The notes below the pieces were generated by a model. The model had not been told where the DNA came from. It did no database searches and saw only the letters and a list, made by a program, of their open reading frames with translations. A stretch of DNA of 62,572 nucleotides, counting the filler, from a bacterium (GTDB taxonomy: Bacteria; JBDRGX01): assembly GCA_043817485.1 (NCBI GenBank). It is 11 parts of 11 records of this genome, joined end to end, with 100 filler letters (N's around TTAATTAATTAA, not from the genome) between each part and the next. Parts side by side here need not be neighbours in the genome. Positions count along the whole stretch, not along the records: positions 37,767 to 47,133 come from JBDRGX010000016.1; positions 47,234 to 51,133 come from JBDRGX010000017.1; positions 51,234 to 57,760 come from JBDRGX010000020.1; 8 more parts are not named here. One strand, given 5' to 3'. This document shows, piece by piece, positions 44,483 to 53,840 of the stretch. Each line of letters starts with the position of its first letter. The first letter of the stretch is position 1. Position numbers and translations under genes: made by a program.

Positions 44483-45119
44483 TACCAAATTGCAATCAAA
44501 AATAAAATGTTGCAAACTATTAAATTTGTATTTTTTATTTATTTTATATTTCGAAATTTGTTTCAAACATTTGTATTTATTTCGAATTTCGAATTTTCTT
44601 TAGAAGGGGAAGAAAAGGATTCCACCCCCTACCCCCGCCAGCGGGGGACATTTGAAATTTTAATATGCTTTTTTATAAAATTTATTTTCTAACTTTTGTC
44701 AGCAGGGGACATTTGAAGCATGAAGAAAATAATTAATGTTTCACGCCTATGTTGTAAAAATGAAACTATTGTCATCTCGACAGAATGGAGAGATATAGAA
44801 ATACAATTAAAAATTATGAATTAGGAATTATTAATGAAAAGAACACAGAATTCAGGAGTTAGAATTCAGAATAAAATTTTGAATAGAAAAATTCCACCCC
44901 CTAAAACCCCCGCCAGCGGGGGATATAAGAAATAAACAAGAAGAATTTTAGATTTTAGAATTTGGATTAAAGATTGCGAATATGAAAAAATTGAAAAATT
45001 TTATTTTTTCAATCCAAAATCGAAAATCCAAAATTGTTTATAGAAGAAGTTAAAAAAAGGAAAAGAATTTTTTTCTTAAATTTTCACTTGAACACTTTTA
45101 TTATTGGAGGAATATATAA
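44483..45119. repeat. Intergenic patchwork of REP-like hairpins and heptamer arrays
   Basis: ccaccccct..cccccgccagcggggga at 44622-44650 and 44894-44924; gtcatctcga..ggagagat ~44771; ttcgaat, attttag and aatccaa arrays. Confidence 0.8.
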
Positions 45120-45890
45120 ATGAAAACAAAATCTGTATATCATTTAGGATTAAGTAAAAAAGATATTGAATCAGCTAAATTTGTTTTTTTACCGGGAGAT
45201 CCAGCAAGAGTAGAAAAAATAGCAAAAAGTTTTGATTCTCAATCTAAATTTTTAATTCAAAAAAGAGAATATTGTAGTTATTTAGGAAAAATAAATAATG
45301 TACCTATTTTAGTAACTTCTACTGGAATTGGAGGAGCATCTACTTCTATTGCTGTTGATGAATTATCTCAATTAGGTATAAAAACATTTCTTCGTGTAGG
45401 TACTACTGGTGCTATTTCTCCAAAAATAGAAATAGGAGATGTTATTATTACTACTGGATCTGTTCGTTTAGATGGTGTTTCTAATCATTATGCTCCTATT
45501 GAATATCCCGCAGTATCTTGTTATGAAGTTATTGATGCTTTAGTAAAATCATCTATAAAAAGCAAAATAAAATTTCATGTAGGAATTACAGCATCAAGTG
45601 CTACTTTTTATCCAGGACAAGAAAGGTATGATTCTTATTCTAAATATGTAATTAGAAATTTTCAAGGATCTAATTTAGAATGGGAAAAATTAAATGTTTT
45701 AAATTATGAAATGGAATCAGCCACTTTACTTACTATGGCAAGTGCTTTTGGATTAAAAGCTGGTTGTATTACTGGAGTAGTTAATAAACGAGTAAAAAGC
45801 GAAAAAATTACTAAAAAACATTTAGAAATGGGTGAAAAAAATGTTATTGAAGTAGCAATTGAAGCAATGAAAATTTTAATAAAAAATTAA
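45120..45890 (+). CDS. udp: Uridine phosphorylase
   Basis: PGDP.RV, STGIGG.S, RVGTTG, FYPGQER, NYEMESA. Confidence 0.95.
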   Translation: MKTKSVYHLGLSKKDIESAKFVFLPGDPARVEKIAKSFDSQSKFLIQKREYCSYLGKINNVPILVTSTGIGGASTSIAVDELSQLGIKTFLRVGTTGAISPKIEIGDVIITTGSVRLDGVSNHYAPIEYPAVSCYEVIDALVKSSIKSKIKFHVGITASSATFYPGQERYDSYSKYVIRNFQGSNLEWEKLNVLNYEMESATLLTMASAFGLKAGCITGVVNKRVKSEKITKKHLEMGEKNVIEVAIEAMKILIKN

Positions 45891-46939
45891 CTTTCCCAAA
45901 CTCTTAATCCATGACGACTAAGATAAATAGGAATATTTTTAAATAAAGGATTTATTTCTTCAATTTCTTTTATCATTTTTCTTTTCTCATAAAAAAGATT
46001 ATTACAAAGTAATGTAATAGAACCACCATCTCCTCCAGCACCATTTACTTTCCAACCAGCAACATTATATTTTTTAGCTATTTTAATTATTTCATAAGCA
46101 TCTTTACTTACAATCTCTGGATGAAGTGTTGCTTGTATTTCTGTATTTTGACACATTATTTTGCCTAATTCTTTTAAATTTCCAGAATAAAGAGCATTTT
46201 TTGATTTTTCAGCAAATTTTCTTAACTTTTCTAATTTTTCATTTTTTGCTCCAACAGATTCTAATTCTTTAATTACTTTTTGATGTACTGCTGAAGAAAC
46301 ATGAGATTTGCCTAAAAAAATTAAAGTTAATCTTTTTTCTAATTCCCACCAAATTGAATTAGAAATTTCTATTTTAGAAACTGTAACAAATGGATATTTT
46401 GTCATTTCAATAAAATTAATACCACCATAAGCTGAACAAAATTGATCTTGAATTCCACATTGTTGAGAAAGCATTTTAGTTTCAATCATTTGAGCAGTAT
46501 AAGCTACTTCATGAGGAGTCATTCGCCCAGGAGTAAGATGGTCTAATGCTCCAATTAAAGCAACAGTAACAGCAGCTGAAGTTCCAGTAGAACAACCAGT
46601 TGGAGCTTCTGAATAAATAATTACTTTTAAAGAAACATTATAAGGAATTTTCATATATTTAATAGCTGCTTCTAATAAAGGATGTTGAGTCCATTTTTTA
46701 TTTTTTTCATGATTGATAGTATATTTATCACCATAATTTTCTGCTTGAATAATAATTTGATTTTCTTTTTCAGTAGAAGCATATACTTCTATTTGTACTT
46801 CTACATAAGGATAAACTGCAATATTAAATACTTTTCCATATTCAGCAAACCAAGTATCAGTCCAGCCACCATTATCACAAATTCTAATAGGAGCAATGCT
46901 ATTAATGACTTTTATTCTTTTTTCTGTTTTTTTATTCAT
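45887..46939 (-). CDS. GHMP-family sugar kinase (heptose-7-phosphate kinase/fucokinase-like)
   Basis: APIRI...GGWTD, P.G.STGTSAA, GIQDQ...AYGG, K.NGAGG.GG. Confidence 0.85.
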   Translation of the reverse strand: MNKKTEKRIKVINSIAPIRICDNGGWTDTWFAEYGKVFNIAVYPYVEVQIEVYASTEKENQIIIQAENYGDKYTINHEKNKKWTQHPLLEAAIKYMKIPYNVSLKVIIYSEAPTGCSTGTSAAVTVALIGALDHLTPGRMTPHEVAYTAQMIETKMLSQQCGIQDQFCSAYGGINFIEMTKYPFVTVSKIEISNSIWWELEKRLTLIFLGKSHVSSAVHQKVIKELESVGAKNEKLEKLRKFAEKSKNALYSGNLKELGKIMCQNTEIQATLHPEIVSKDAYEIIKIAKKYNVAGWKVNGAGGDGGSITLLCNNLFYEKRKMIKEIEEINPLFKNIPIYLSRHGLRVWES

Positions 46940-47233
46940 TTATTTTTCCTTATAAATTAGTAAAAAAATAAAATTTATATTGGTTTAAAATTATCATAAT
47001 AAAAAAGCATGTCAATACTTTTTTATTAAAGTTTTAAAATTTCTTGACAGGATTATTAAAAATTATTATGAATAAAAATAATTAAATAAAATTTGTGTAG
47101 TCAACCAAATCCTTCAACCTAATCCTTAAGGATNNNNNNNNNNNNNNNNNNNNNNNNNNNNNNNNNNNNNNNNNNNNTTAATTAATTAANNNNNNNNNNN
47201 NNNNNNNNNNNNNNNNNNNNNNNNNNNNNNNNN

Positions 47234-47739
47234 GTTCTTTGTCCTCTAACAGGAAGACCTTGCTCATGACGAGCTCCTTGATAACATCGTATCTTTTTCT
47301 TGAAATCGATATCATTTTTTTTTGATATAATCAATTCAGAAGCAGTTACATGTTTAAGATTTTCACTCTCAATACTCTTTCTTCTATTTAAAAGAAATCC
47401 AGGAACATTAAATTTTTCAGGATTTTCGATAATTTTTTCTAAATTAGAAATTTGTGTCTCATCTAAACTCCCTATTTTAGTACTAGGATCTATTCCTGAA
47501 ATATTAGCTATTATTTGAGCCATAGAATGTCCTACACCCTTTACCTGCAACAAAGCATTTACAATTTTTTTATTTCCTGCTACATCTTTTTCTCCTAATC
47601 TTACAAGAACTCTCAAACCTTCTTCAGCAGAAATAGAAATTTCTTTAGGTTTTTCTTTTTTATTTTTAGCTTGTTTTTCTTTTTTAATTTTCTTTTCTTC
47701 TTCAACCTTTTCATCTTTTAATTTAGCATTTTTTCCCAT
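47234..47739 (-). CDS. rps13: Archaeal 30S ribosomal protein uS13, 3' truncated
   Basis: Archaeal/eukaryotic-type insert P.FLLNRRK...KH...L....DI...KI.CY.G.RH..GLPVRGQR; Lys/Glu-rich N-terminal extension. Confidence 0.92.
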
Positions 47740-47911
47740 TAATTCACCTTTTTATGCTCATCTGATAAAACAGTACAGCAACCAGTTGACCTGGAAATAC
47801 TAAAATTAATAGTAACTTAAGATTTATAAAGGTTATTTTACATTTTATATAAAAATTTTTAAATTGAACGCTAATAATTGAATTTATAAATTTAATAATA
47901 CAATATTATTT

Positions 47912-48199
47912 ATGAAAATTAATGAAATAAAATCCGGAATGAACAATATAAACATTGTTGTAGAAGTTCAAGATTCTACAGAGCCAAGAGAATTAATGAC
48001 AAAATTTGGAACAAAAACAACATTAGTAAATGCGACACTAAAAGATGAAACAGGAACAGTAAATCTTGTTTTATGGGGAAAACAATCTGATGGAATTGCT
48101 AAAGGAAAAAAAATAGAAATTAAAAATGCTTTTTCAAAAGAATTTAGAAATGAACTTCAATTAGGTTTAAGTAAACAAGGAGAAATAAAATTTATTTAA
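47912..48199 (+). CDS. Archaeal single-OB-fold ssDNA-binding protein (SSB/RPA)
   Basis: KI.E...M.N....V...EPR..TK.G....A.LKDETG.V.LVLW. Confidence 0.85.
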   Translation: MKINEIKSGMNNINIVVEVQDSTEPRELMTKFGTKTTLVNATLKDETGTVNLVLWGKQSDGIAKGKKIEIKNAFSKEFRNELQLGLSKQGEIKFI

Positions 48200-48251
48200 T
48201 TTTTTTCTTTATTTTTATTGTATTTAAATAATTTAGAATTCTCAATATTAT

Positions 48252-48611
48252 ATGGACGAACAATACGAATTTCTAACATGGGAACAATTTGACAAAGATT
48301 GTAAAAAAATTTATCAATGGGCAGAAAAAGAAGGATTTCAGAGTATTTATGGACCTCCAAGAGGAGGACTTGTACTTGGAGTAAAATTATCACATATGTT
48401 AAAAATACCGTTAATGATAAGCAAAGATGATGTAACTCCACACACATTAATAGTAGATGACATCTCAGATACAGGCAAAACTCTTAAAAACTTTGAACAA
48501 ATTGGATGTAAAATAGCTACACTTTATTATCATAAACAAAGTAAAGTTATTCCAGATTTTTGGATCCATGAAAAAACTAATAAATATATAAAATATCCTT
48601 GGGAAATATAA
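48252..48611 (+). CDS. Type I phosphoribosyltransferase (purine PRT-like)
   Basis: G.PRGGLV, LIVDDISDTGKT, YPWE. Confidence 0.88.
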   Translation: MDEQYEFLTWEQFDKDCKKIYQWAEKEGFQSIYGPPRGGLVLGVKLSHMLKIPLMISKDDVTPHTLIVDDISDTGKTLKNFEQIGCKIATLYYHKQSKVIPDFWIHEKTNKYIKYPWEI

Positions 48612-48631
48612 TTGCCTAAATTTTAATAGGT

Positions 48632-48970
48632 TTATCTATGTATTAATTTACTTAGAATAAATAATATTCCTATCACAATCAGAGGTCCAGTTATAATTAA
48701 ATATGTTATTATTCCACCCATATCTTTTCCAAATGTCATAATTATGTAAAAAAATGCTAATAAAATAAATAAAATTCCTCCTATTTTTTCTTTCTTCCAA
48801 GCTATCAAAGTAATTAATCCTAAAATAAAATTAGGAACTAAATGCATAAACAAAGCAATTAACACTTCAGGAAATTTATATTCACTAAAAACATCTAAAA
48901 CAAACATCGCTATGAATAGATTAAATAAAATTGCTAAAATTCTTGGTGTCCAATACAATATTTTATTCAT
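48632..48970 (-). CDS. Small 4-TM hypothetical membrane protein
   Basis: W.PRIL N-terminus, four hydrophobic segments. Confidence 0.75.
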   Translation of the reverse strand: MNKILYWTPRILAILFNLFIAMFVLDVFSEYKFPEVLIALFMHLVPNFILGLITLIAWKKEKIGGILFILLAFFYIIMTFGKDMGGIITYLIITGPLIVIGILFILSKLIHR

Positions 48971-48991
48971 AAATATCCTTTTTAATAAAAA

Positions 48992-49160
48992 TGGCGCCGG
49001 CCGCAGGATTTGAACCTGCGAGTCCGTGAGGACACCAGATATCTTTGATAACTCTACTCTTCATATCCGCCGTTCAGAGTCAAGCCATAAATTCATTTCC
49101 TTTCGGATCATTATATCTAGTTCTCAAGTCTGGCGCATTACCTAGCTCTGCTAGACCGGC
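48992..49160 (-). tRNA. Archaeal tRNA-Ser(TGA) with 82-nt intron (49041-49122) at position 37/38
   Basis: Acceptor GCCGGTC/GGCCGGC, G discriminator plus CCA, anticodon arm CCAGA-CTTGAG^A-TCTGG, long variable arm, GCAGG-TTCAAAT-CCTGC. Confidence 0.9.
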
Positions 49161-49214
49161 TCAATTAATAATGAAAGAGAGAAATATTTAAACCTTACAA
49201 ATTTAATAGTAAAT

Positions 49215-49928
49215 ATGAAAATAGCTATTGTATACAATCATAAAGATCTTATATCTAAAGAAGCTAAAAAACTTGGATTTAAAATAGTTAAAAAAAATCC
49301 TCAAATTGTAATAGCTTTTGGTGGTGAAGGGACTTTTCTAAAATCAGAAGAAATATTTCCAAACATACCAAAATTATTTTTACGACATCATCCGGATTGT
49401 AAAATTTGTCAAAAAAAAGAAAAACATAAAATGGAAAAAATTCTTTCTCTCCTCAAGAAAAAGAAATATAAAATAATTAAAAAAGTAAAATTGCAAGCTA
49501 AGATAAGAAATAAAAAAATTATAGTAATGAATGATGTAAATATTCATTACAAATTACCATGTGCTATTGGTTTAGAATTAAAAATTAATGGAAAATCTCA
49601 AGGAAATGCTTTAGGTGATGGTCTACTTATTTCTACACCTTACGGCTCGACAGGATATTGGAAATCGATTACTCATAAATCATTTAAAAAAGGTATAGGA
49701 ATAGCATTTATTCTCCCAACTATCCGCCAGAAAAAATACATTTTAAATGAAAACAGTAAAATAAAAGTCTTAATAAATAAACATAAAGGTGTGATGACAG
49801 GAGATTCTATCAAGAAATTAATTCCTTTTAAAAACGGAGATAAAATTTTTATTAAAAAATATGGTTATACCAAATTAATTTCTATAAACAACAAAGAAAA
49901 AATTCATATCGGCGGAAGAAAAAATTAA
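49215..49928 (+). CDS. NAD kinase family protein
   Basis: GGEGT (GGDGT variant), MND, GDGLLISTPYGSTGY. Confidence 0.82.
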   Translation: MKIAIVYNHKDLISKEAKKLGFKIVKKNPQIVIAFGGEGTFLKSEEIFPNIPKLFLRHHPDCKICQKKEKHKMEKILSLLKKKKYKIIKKVKLQAKIRNKKIIVMNDVNIHYKLPCAIGLELKINGKSQGNALGDGLLISTPYGSTGYWKSITHKSFKKGIGIAFILPTIRQKKYILNENSKIKVLINKHKGVMTGDSIKKLIPFKNGDKIFIKKYGYTKLISINNKEKIHIGGRKN

Positions 49929-50653
49929 TTCTTTTTATAAATTTTCACATAATCATCATTATAAACCAAAGAAAATCCTTCTATTTCTTCTTCATTTAAC
50001 ATTTTAGTTATAAATATATTTTCTCTAGTTTCTCCAATATCATTTATTGTAGAATAATATTCTTTAAGTCTTTCAGCCCAATAATCAATTATATAATCTT
50101 CCAATTTAGTTGCAAAAAAATAATTTGTATCATATTTAACCATAATTTCTTTTGTTCTATCAAAATCACTAGCTAGAAAAGCCAATGCAACATCTTTCAT
50201 TTTTTCATTTGTTGAAAATTCCCCACTTAAATTTGTATCCCATTTTCCACTAGATAAACTCCAAAGCATATCTTCAGATGGAGAATAAACTACAACTTCT
50301 CTTCCTGTATATCCTCTGATCATATGACCATAATCCCACCAATTTAAAAATTTAGCATCTTCTTCTATATTATCATTAATCCAATCCAAAGCTGGACGCA
50401 ATTCTTCTAAAAAATAATTTCTATATTCTTTTCCACCTTTCTCATAAGAAATATCATACATTGTAAATTTTTCTCCAACTTGTTCACCAGAAAGTATTTC
50501 TCCTTGTTTTTCTATTATTTTTCCATTCATATTTTCATTGACAATTTCTTCTCCAATATCTGTCCATTCAACATCAGGTAAATTTCTTTCTGTCGTTTGA
50601 GAACATCCACTAATTAAAAGAATAAAAATAATTCCAAAAATTATTTTCTTCAA
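49925..50653 (-). CDS. Lipoprotein with stand-alone AglB/STT3 C-terminal-like domain
   Basis: LISGC lipobox; ALDWI..N......LNWWDYGHMI; ends in F.LVY....VKIY. Confidence 0.75.
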   Translation of the reverse strand: MKKIIFGIIFILLISGCSQTTERNLPDVEWTDIGEEIVNENMNGKIIEKQGEILSGEQVGEKFTMYDISYEKGGKEYRNYFLEELRPALDWINDNIEEDAKFLNWWDYGHMIRGYTGREVVVYSPSEDMLWSLSSGKWDTNLSGEFSTNEKMKDVALAFLASDFDRTKEIMVKYDTNYFFATKLEDYIIDYWAERLKEYYSTINDIGETRENIFITKMLNEEEIEGFSLVYNDDYVKIYKKN

Positions 50654-50820
50654 AATTTTTCAGCCTCATCTATAAGCATGTTTGGTATTTTTCCATCTAT
50701 TACATTGAATCTTAATCGACAAACATTGCAAATTATTTTTTCACTTTTTTGATCATATTTTAAATCGCCCTTACATTTAGGACAAGCTAAAATATCTAAT
50801 AGTTCTTTTGTTAAAGGCAT
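50650..50820 (-). CDS. Trm112-family protein (56 aa, not in ORF track)
   Basis: MPLTKELLDILACPKCKGDL...C..C...F...DG.IPNML.DEA. Confidence 0.9.
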   Translation of the reverse strand: MPLTKELLDILACPKCKGDLKYDQKSEKIICNVCRLRFNVIDGKIPNMLIDEAEKF

Positions 50821-50833
50821 AAAACTATTTACA

Positions 50834-51133
50834 TCATTTCTCTTTAAATATCTTACCTTTCCATTTTTTTGGATATCTATCTTGAGGAATTATGACTCTA
50901 TCAGTCATAACAGCCAACCCTCTCTCAGATTTTTTTATTTCTTCACTAGTCATTAAAGTTTTTCCAAAAGCAACAAGTTCTCCGTGCAAAGAAAGAAGAA
51001 ATACATTTTCATCTTTCTCAATATTATCTTCAAAAGCAACTATTCCTCCTATCGCTAAAGCAGCTCCATTACATACAGCATTGACAGCAGAATCTTTTAT
51101 AATAATATTTTTTTTATTTTTACAAAAATATTC
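50834..51133 (-). CDS. cbf5: Archaeal Cbf5 pseudouridine synthase, C-terminal PUA part (5' truncated, not in ORF track)
   Basis: IKDSAVNAVCNGAAL..GI......GELVA.G...M........G....DRV.....YPKKWK. Confidence 0.88.
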   Translation of the reverse strand, partial: EYFCKNKKNIIIKDSAVNAVCNGAALAIGGIVAFEDNIEKDENVFLLSLHGELVAFGKTLMTSEEIKKSERGLAVMTDRVIIPQDRYPKKWKGKIFKEK

Positions 51134-51235
51134 NNNNNNNNNNNNNNNNNNNNNNNNNNNNNNNNNNNNNNNNNNNNTTAATTAATTAANNNNNNNNNNN
51201 NNNNNNNNNNNNNNNNNNNNNNNNNNNNNNNNNGT

Positions 51236-51358
51236 GTTACTTTTAAACTTCCAGAAAAAAAAATAATAAAATCTATTCATCAAATACATTCTAATGATGA
51301 AATTGAAATAAAATTATTTGATGGATCATTACAAGGAAAAGTAAAGGAGATTATATAA
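51236..51358 (+). CDS. xseA: Exodeoxyribonuclease VII large subunit, 3' end only
   Basis: KIIKS......D.IEI.L.DG.....V C-terminus immediately before xseB. Confidence 0.75.
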   Translation, partial: VTFKLPEKKIIKSIHQIHSNDEIEIKLFDGSLQGKVKEII

Positions 51359-51589
51359 ATGAAAGAAATAAAATTTGAACAAGCTTTATCTTCATTAGAG
51401 AAAATTGTTCAAGAATTAGAACAAGGCAATTTTTCTTTAGAAGATGCTATAAAAAAATATGAAGAAGGAATTGTTTTATCTAAATTTTGTAATAAAAAAT
51501 TAAATGAAGCAGAAAAAAAAATAGAAATTTTAACTAAAACAATCGATGAAAATTTTGAATTAAAACCTTTTGTATTAGAAGAAAAGTAA
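51359..51589 (+). CDS. xseB: Exodeoxyribonuclease VII small subunit
   Basis: FEQAL..LE.IV..LE.G..SLE.....YEEG..L...C...L..AE. Confidence 0.93.
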   Translation: MKEIKFEQALSSLEKIVQELEQGNFSLEDAIKKYEEGIVLSKFCNKKLNEAEKKIEILTKTIDENFELKPFVLEEK

Positions 51590-51599
51590 AGGAAACATA

Positions 51600-52064
51600 A
51601 TGATACACATTTTTTTAACTATTATTACTAATAAAATATTTTATATTTCTGTTTTAAGTTGGTTTATTACTCAAAATCTTAAATTTTTAATTAATTTTTT
51701 AACTAAAAAACAAATTAAATCTAAAAATACAATATTTTTAATTGAATTAGGCGGAATGCCCAGTGTTCATTCTGCATTTGTATCTTCTTTATCTACTTCA
51801 GTAGGTTTAAAATTAGGATGGGATAATCCAATTTTTATTGTAACTTTATGTTTTTCTTGTATTGTTATAGCAGATGCTGCTGGATTTAGACGAGCAACAG
51901 GAAAACAAGCTAAAGCTTTAAATGAAATTGTAGAAGAATTAAAAAGTATTCAAAGTTTTAAAGATTTAAAATATGAAACAGTTAGAGAATTATTAGGACA
52001 TACTCCAATTGAAGTTTTTGTAGGAATAATTGTAGGAATTATTATTACTTTTATATTTTATTAA
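51600..52064 (+). CDS. Divergent PAP2 family (DUF212) membrane protein
   Basis: GGMPS.HSA, DA.G.RR..G.QA..LN, LLGHTP.EV. Confidence 0.9.
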   Translation: MIHIFLTIITNKIFYISVLSWFITQNLKFLINFLTKKQIKSKNTIFLIELGGMPSVHSAFVSSLSTSVGLKLGWDNPIFIVTLCFSCIVIADAAGFRRATGKQAKALNEIVEELKSIQSFKDLKYETVRELLGHTPIEVFVGIIVGIIITFIFY

Positions 52065-52084
52065 AAAAAAATACTAATTTTTTA

Positions 52085-52113
52085 TTGACAAAAATACAAT
52101 TTAATGGTCTAAT
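52085..52113 (+). promoter_or_regulatory. sigma70 promoter of the tRNA operon
   Basis: TTGACA-17 bp-TCTAAT with TG extended -10. Confidence 0.65.
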
Positions 52114-52126
52114 TTTTTTTCTTTGT

Positions 52127-52201
52127 GCGGGAGTGACTCAATGGTAGAGTACAACCTTGCCAAGGTTGATGTTGCGAGTTCAACTCTCGTCTCCCGCTCC
52201 A
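52127..52201 (+). tRNA. tRNA-Gly(GCC)
   Basis: Cloverleaf, caacc-tt-GCC-aa-ggttg, CCA end. Confidence 0.96.
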
Positions 52202-52204
52202 ATT

Positions 52205-52279
<75 letters not shown>

Positions 52280-52283
52280 CACT

Positions 52284-52437
52284 TATATAATAATCTGCAT
52301 TCAAAATGATAACAAAGGCACAAGAAAAAGGCGACAAATCTGCCTGTGCAAATACACAGACAGGAGCGTATTAAATAATATGCTGAAAAAGCCGTAACAA
52401 AGCCAACACAGTTAGTGTTTGAATACGACTTGGTATT
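52284..52437. mobile_element. MITE-like element, copy 2, with nested hairpin (52339-52364)
   Basis: Colinear with 6381-6508 (shared caaagccaacacagttag, aggcgac); extra ctgcctgtg..cacagacag stem. Confidence 0.75.
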
Positions 52438-52452
52438 TAAAAAATAAAAAAC

Positions 52453-52541
52453 GCCGGGATGGCGGAATAGGTAGACGCCACGGACTTAAAATCCGTTGAG
52501 TAGCAATATTCGTGCCGGTTCGATTCCGGCTCCCGGCACCA
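52453..52541 (+). tRNA. tRNA-Leu(TAA)
   Basis: Cloverleaf with long variable arm, acgga-ct-TAA-aa-tccgt, ACCA end. Confidence 0.96.
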
Positions 52542-52562
52542 TTCAAAATTACTTTATAAAAA

Positions 52563-53735
52563 ATGGTTATGAAAAAAATAAAAATTGCTATTATTTTAGG
52601 AACAAGACCTGAAGTAATTAAATTAGCTCCAATTATTCAAAATTTTAAAAAATATAAAAAAAACATTACTACTTATATTATAGCAACTGCTCAACATCGA
52701 CAAATGTTAGATTCTACTCTTAAAACTTTTTCTATAAAAACTCAATATGATTTGAATATTATGGAAGAAAATCAAACTTTATCAAATATAGTAAGTAAAA
52801 CATCTTCTTTATTAGAACAAATTTTTTCTAAAATAAAACCTGATTTAATTTTAGTTCAAGGTGATACTACTACTGCTTTTATTGGAAGTTTAATTGGTTT
52901 TTATCACAAAATTAAAATAGGTCATATTGAAGCTGGATTAAGAACTTATGAAAAATATTTTCCGTTTCCAGAAGAAATAAATCGCCAAATTATTTCAATT
53001 ATTTCTGATTTCCATTTTACTCCTACTAAAAAAGCAGCACAAAATCTTTTAAAAGAAGGAATAAAAAAAGAAAAAATATTTATAACTGGCAATACTATTA
53101 TAGATGCTCTTCATTTAATAGTTGAAAAAAAATATAAATTCAAAGAAAAGGTTTTAAACAAAATAGATTATGAAAATAAAAAAATTATTTTAGTAACTAC
53201 TCATAGAAGAGAAAATTTTGGAAATGGTTTAAAAAATATTTGTCTTGCTTTAGAAAATATTTCAAATAAAAATAAAAATGTAGAAATAGTTTTTCCAGTT
53301 CATTTGAATCCTAATATTACAAAATATGTTAATGAAAATCTTTCTTCTATTTCTACCATTCATTTAACTTCTCCTTTATGTTATAAAGATTTAATTAATG
53401 TAATGAAAAAATCTTATATTATTTTAACAGATTCTGGTGGTATTCAAGAAGAAGCACCTGAATTATGTAAACCAGTATTAGTTTTAAGAGATGTAACAGA
53501 AAGACCTGAAGGTGTAGAAATGGGTGTTGTAAAATTGGTAGGAACTAACAAAGAAAAAATAATAAAAGAAACAAATAAATTATTGAAAAATAAAAATGCT
53601 TATAATAAAATGATTAAAAAAGTAAATCCTTATGGTGATGGAAAAGCAAGTCAAAGAATAATAGATATAATTTTACAAAAATTTAATATAATTAAAAAAA
53701 GAAAAACAAAAGATTGGAAAAGTTTTTTATATTAA
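52563..53735 (+). CDS. wecB: UDP-N-acetylglucosamine 2-epimerase (non-hydrolysing)
   Basis: GTRPE.IK, QGDT, HIEAGLR, HRREN, TDSGGIQEEA, NPYGDG. Confidence 0.95.
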   Translation: MVMKKIKIAIILGTRPEVIKLAPIIQNFKKYKKNITTYIIATAQHRQMLDSTLKTFSIKTQYDLNIMEENQTLSNIVSKTSSLLEQIFSKIKPDLILVQGDTTTAFIGSLIGFYHKIKIGHIEAGLRTYEKYFPFPEEINRQIISIISDFHFTPTKKAAQNLLKEGIKKEKIFITGNTIIDALHLIVEKKYKFKEKVLNKIDYENKKIILVTTHRRENFGNGLKNICLALENISNKNKNVEIVFPVHLNPNITKYVNENLSSISTIHLTSPLCYKDLINVMKKSYIILTDSGGIQEEAPELCKPVLVLRDVTERPEGVEMGVVKLVGTNKEKIIKETNKLLKNKNAYNKMIKKVNPYGDGKASQRIIDIILQKFNIIKKRKTKDWKSFLY

Positions 53736-53840
53736 GTTGAATTCAAAATAAAAAAATTAAATTGAAAATTGAATTTTTTTTTTGTATTTTAGTCATTCGA
53801 ATTTGTCTCGAATTTCGATATTCGTATTTCGGATTTTCTT

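Noticed and set aside
44507..44692. 61-aa ORF after mutS
   Set aside because: Made of heptamer and REP repeats, no protein signature
47095..47133. GC-richer sequence at a contig end after a TTGACA promoter (possible RNA gene or IS end)
   Set aside because: Only ~40 bp visible; cannot be assigned
50892..51185. Track ORF on + strand
   Set aside because: Antisense shadow of the cbf5 3' end, running into the linker
46939..51589. Horizontal transfer of archaeal genes into the bacterial chromosome
   Set aside because: The archaeal genes occupy a whole separate contig bounded by linkers, with no physical junction to bacterial DNA
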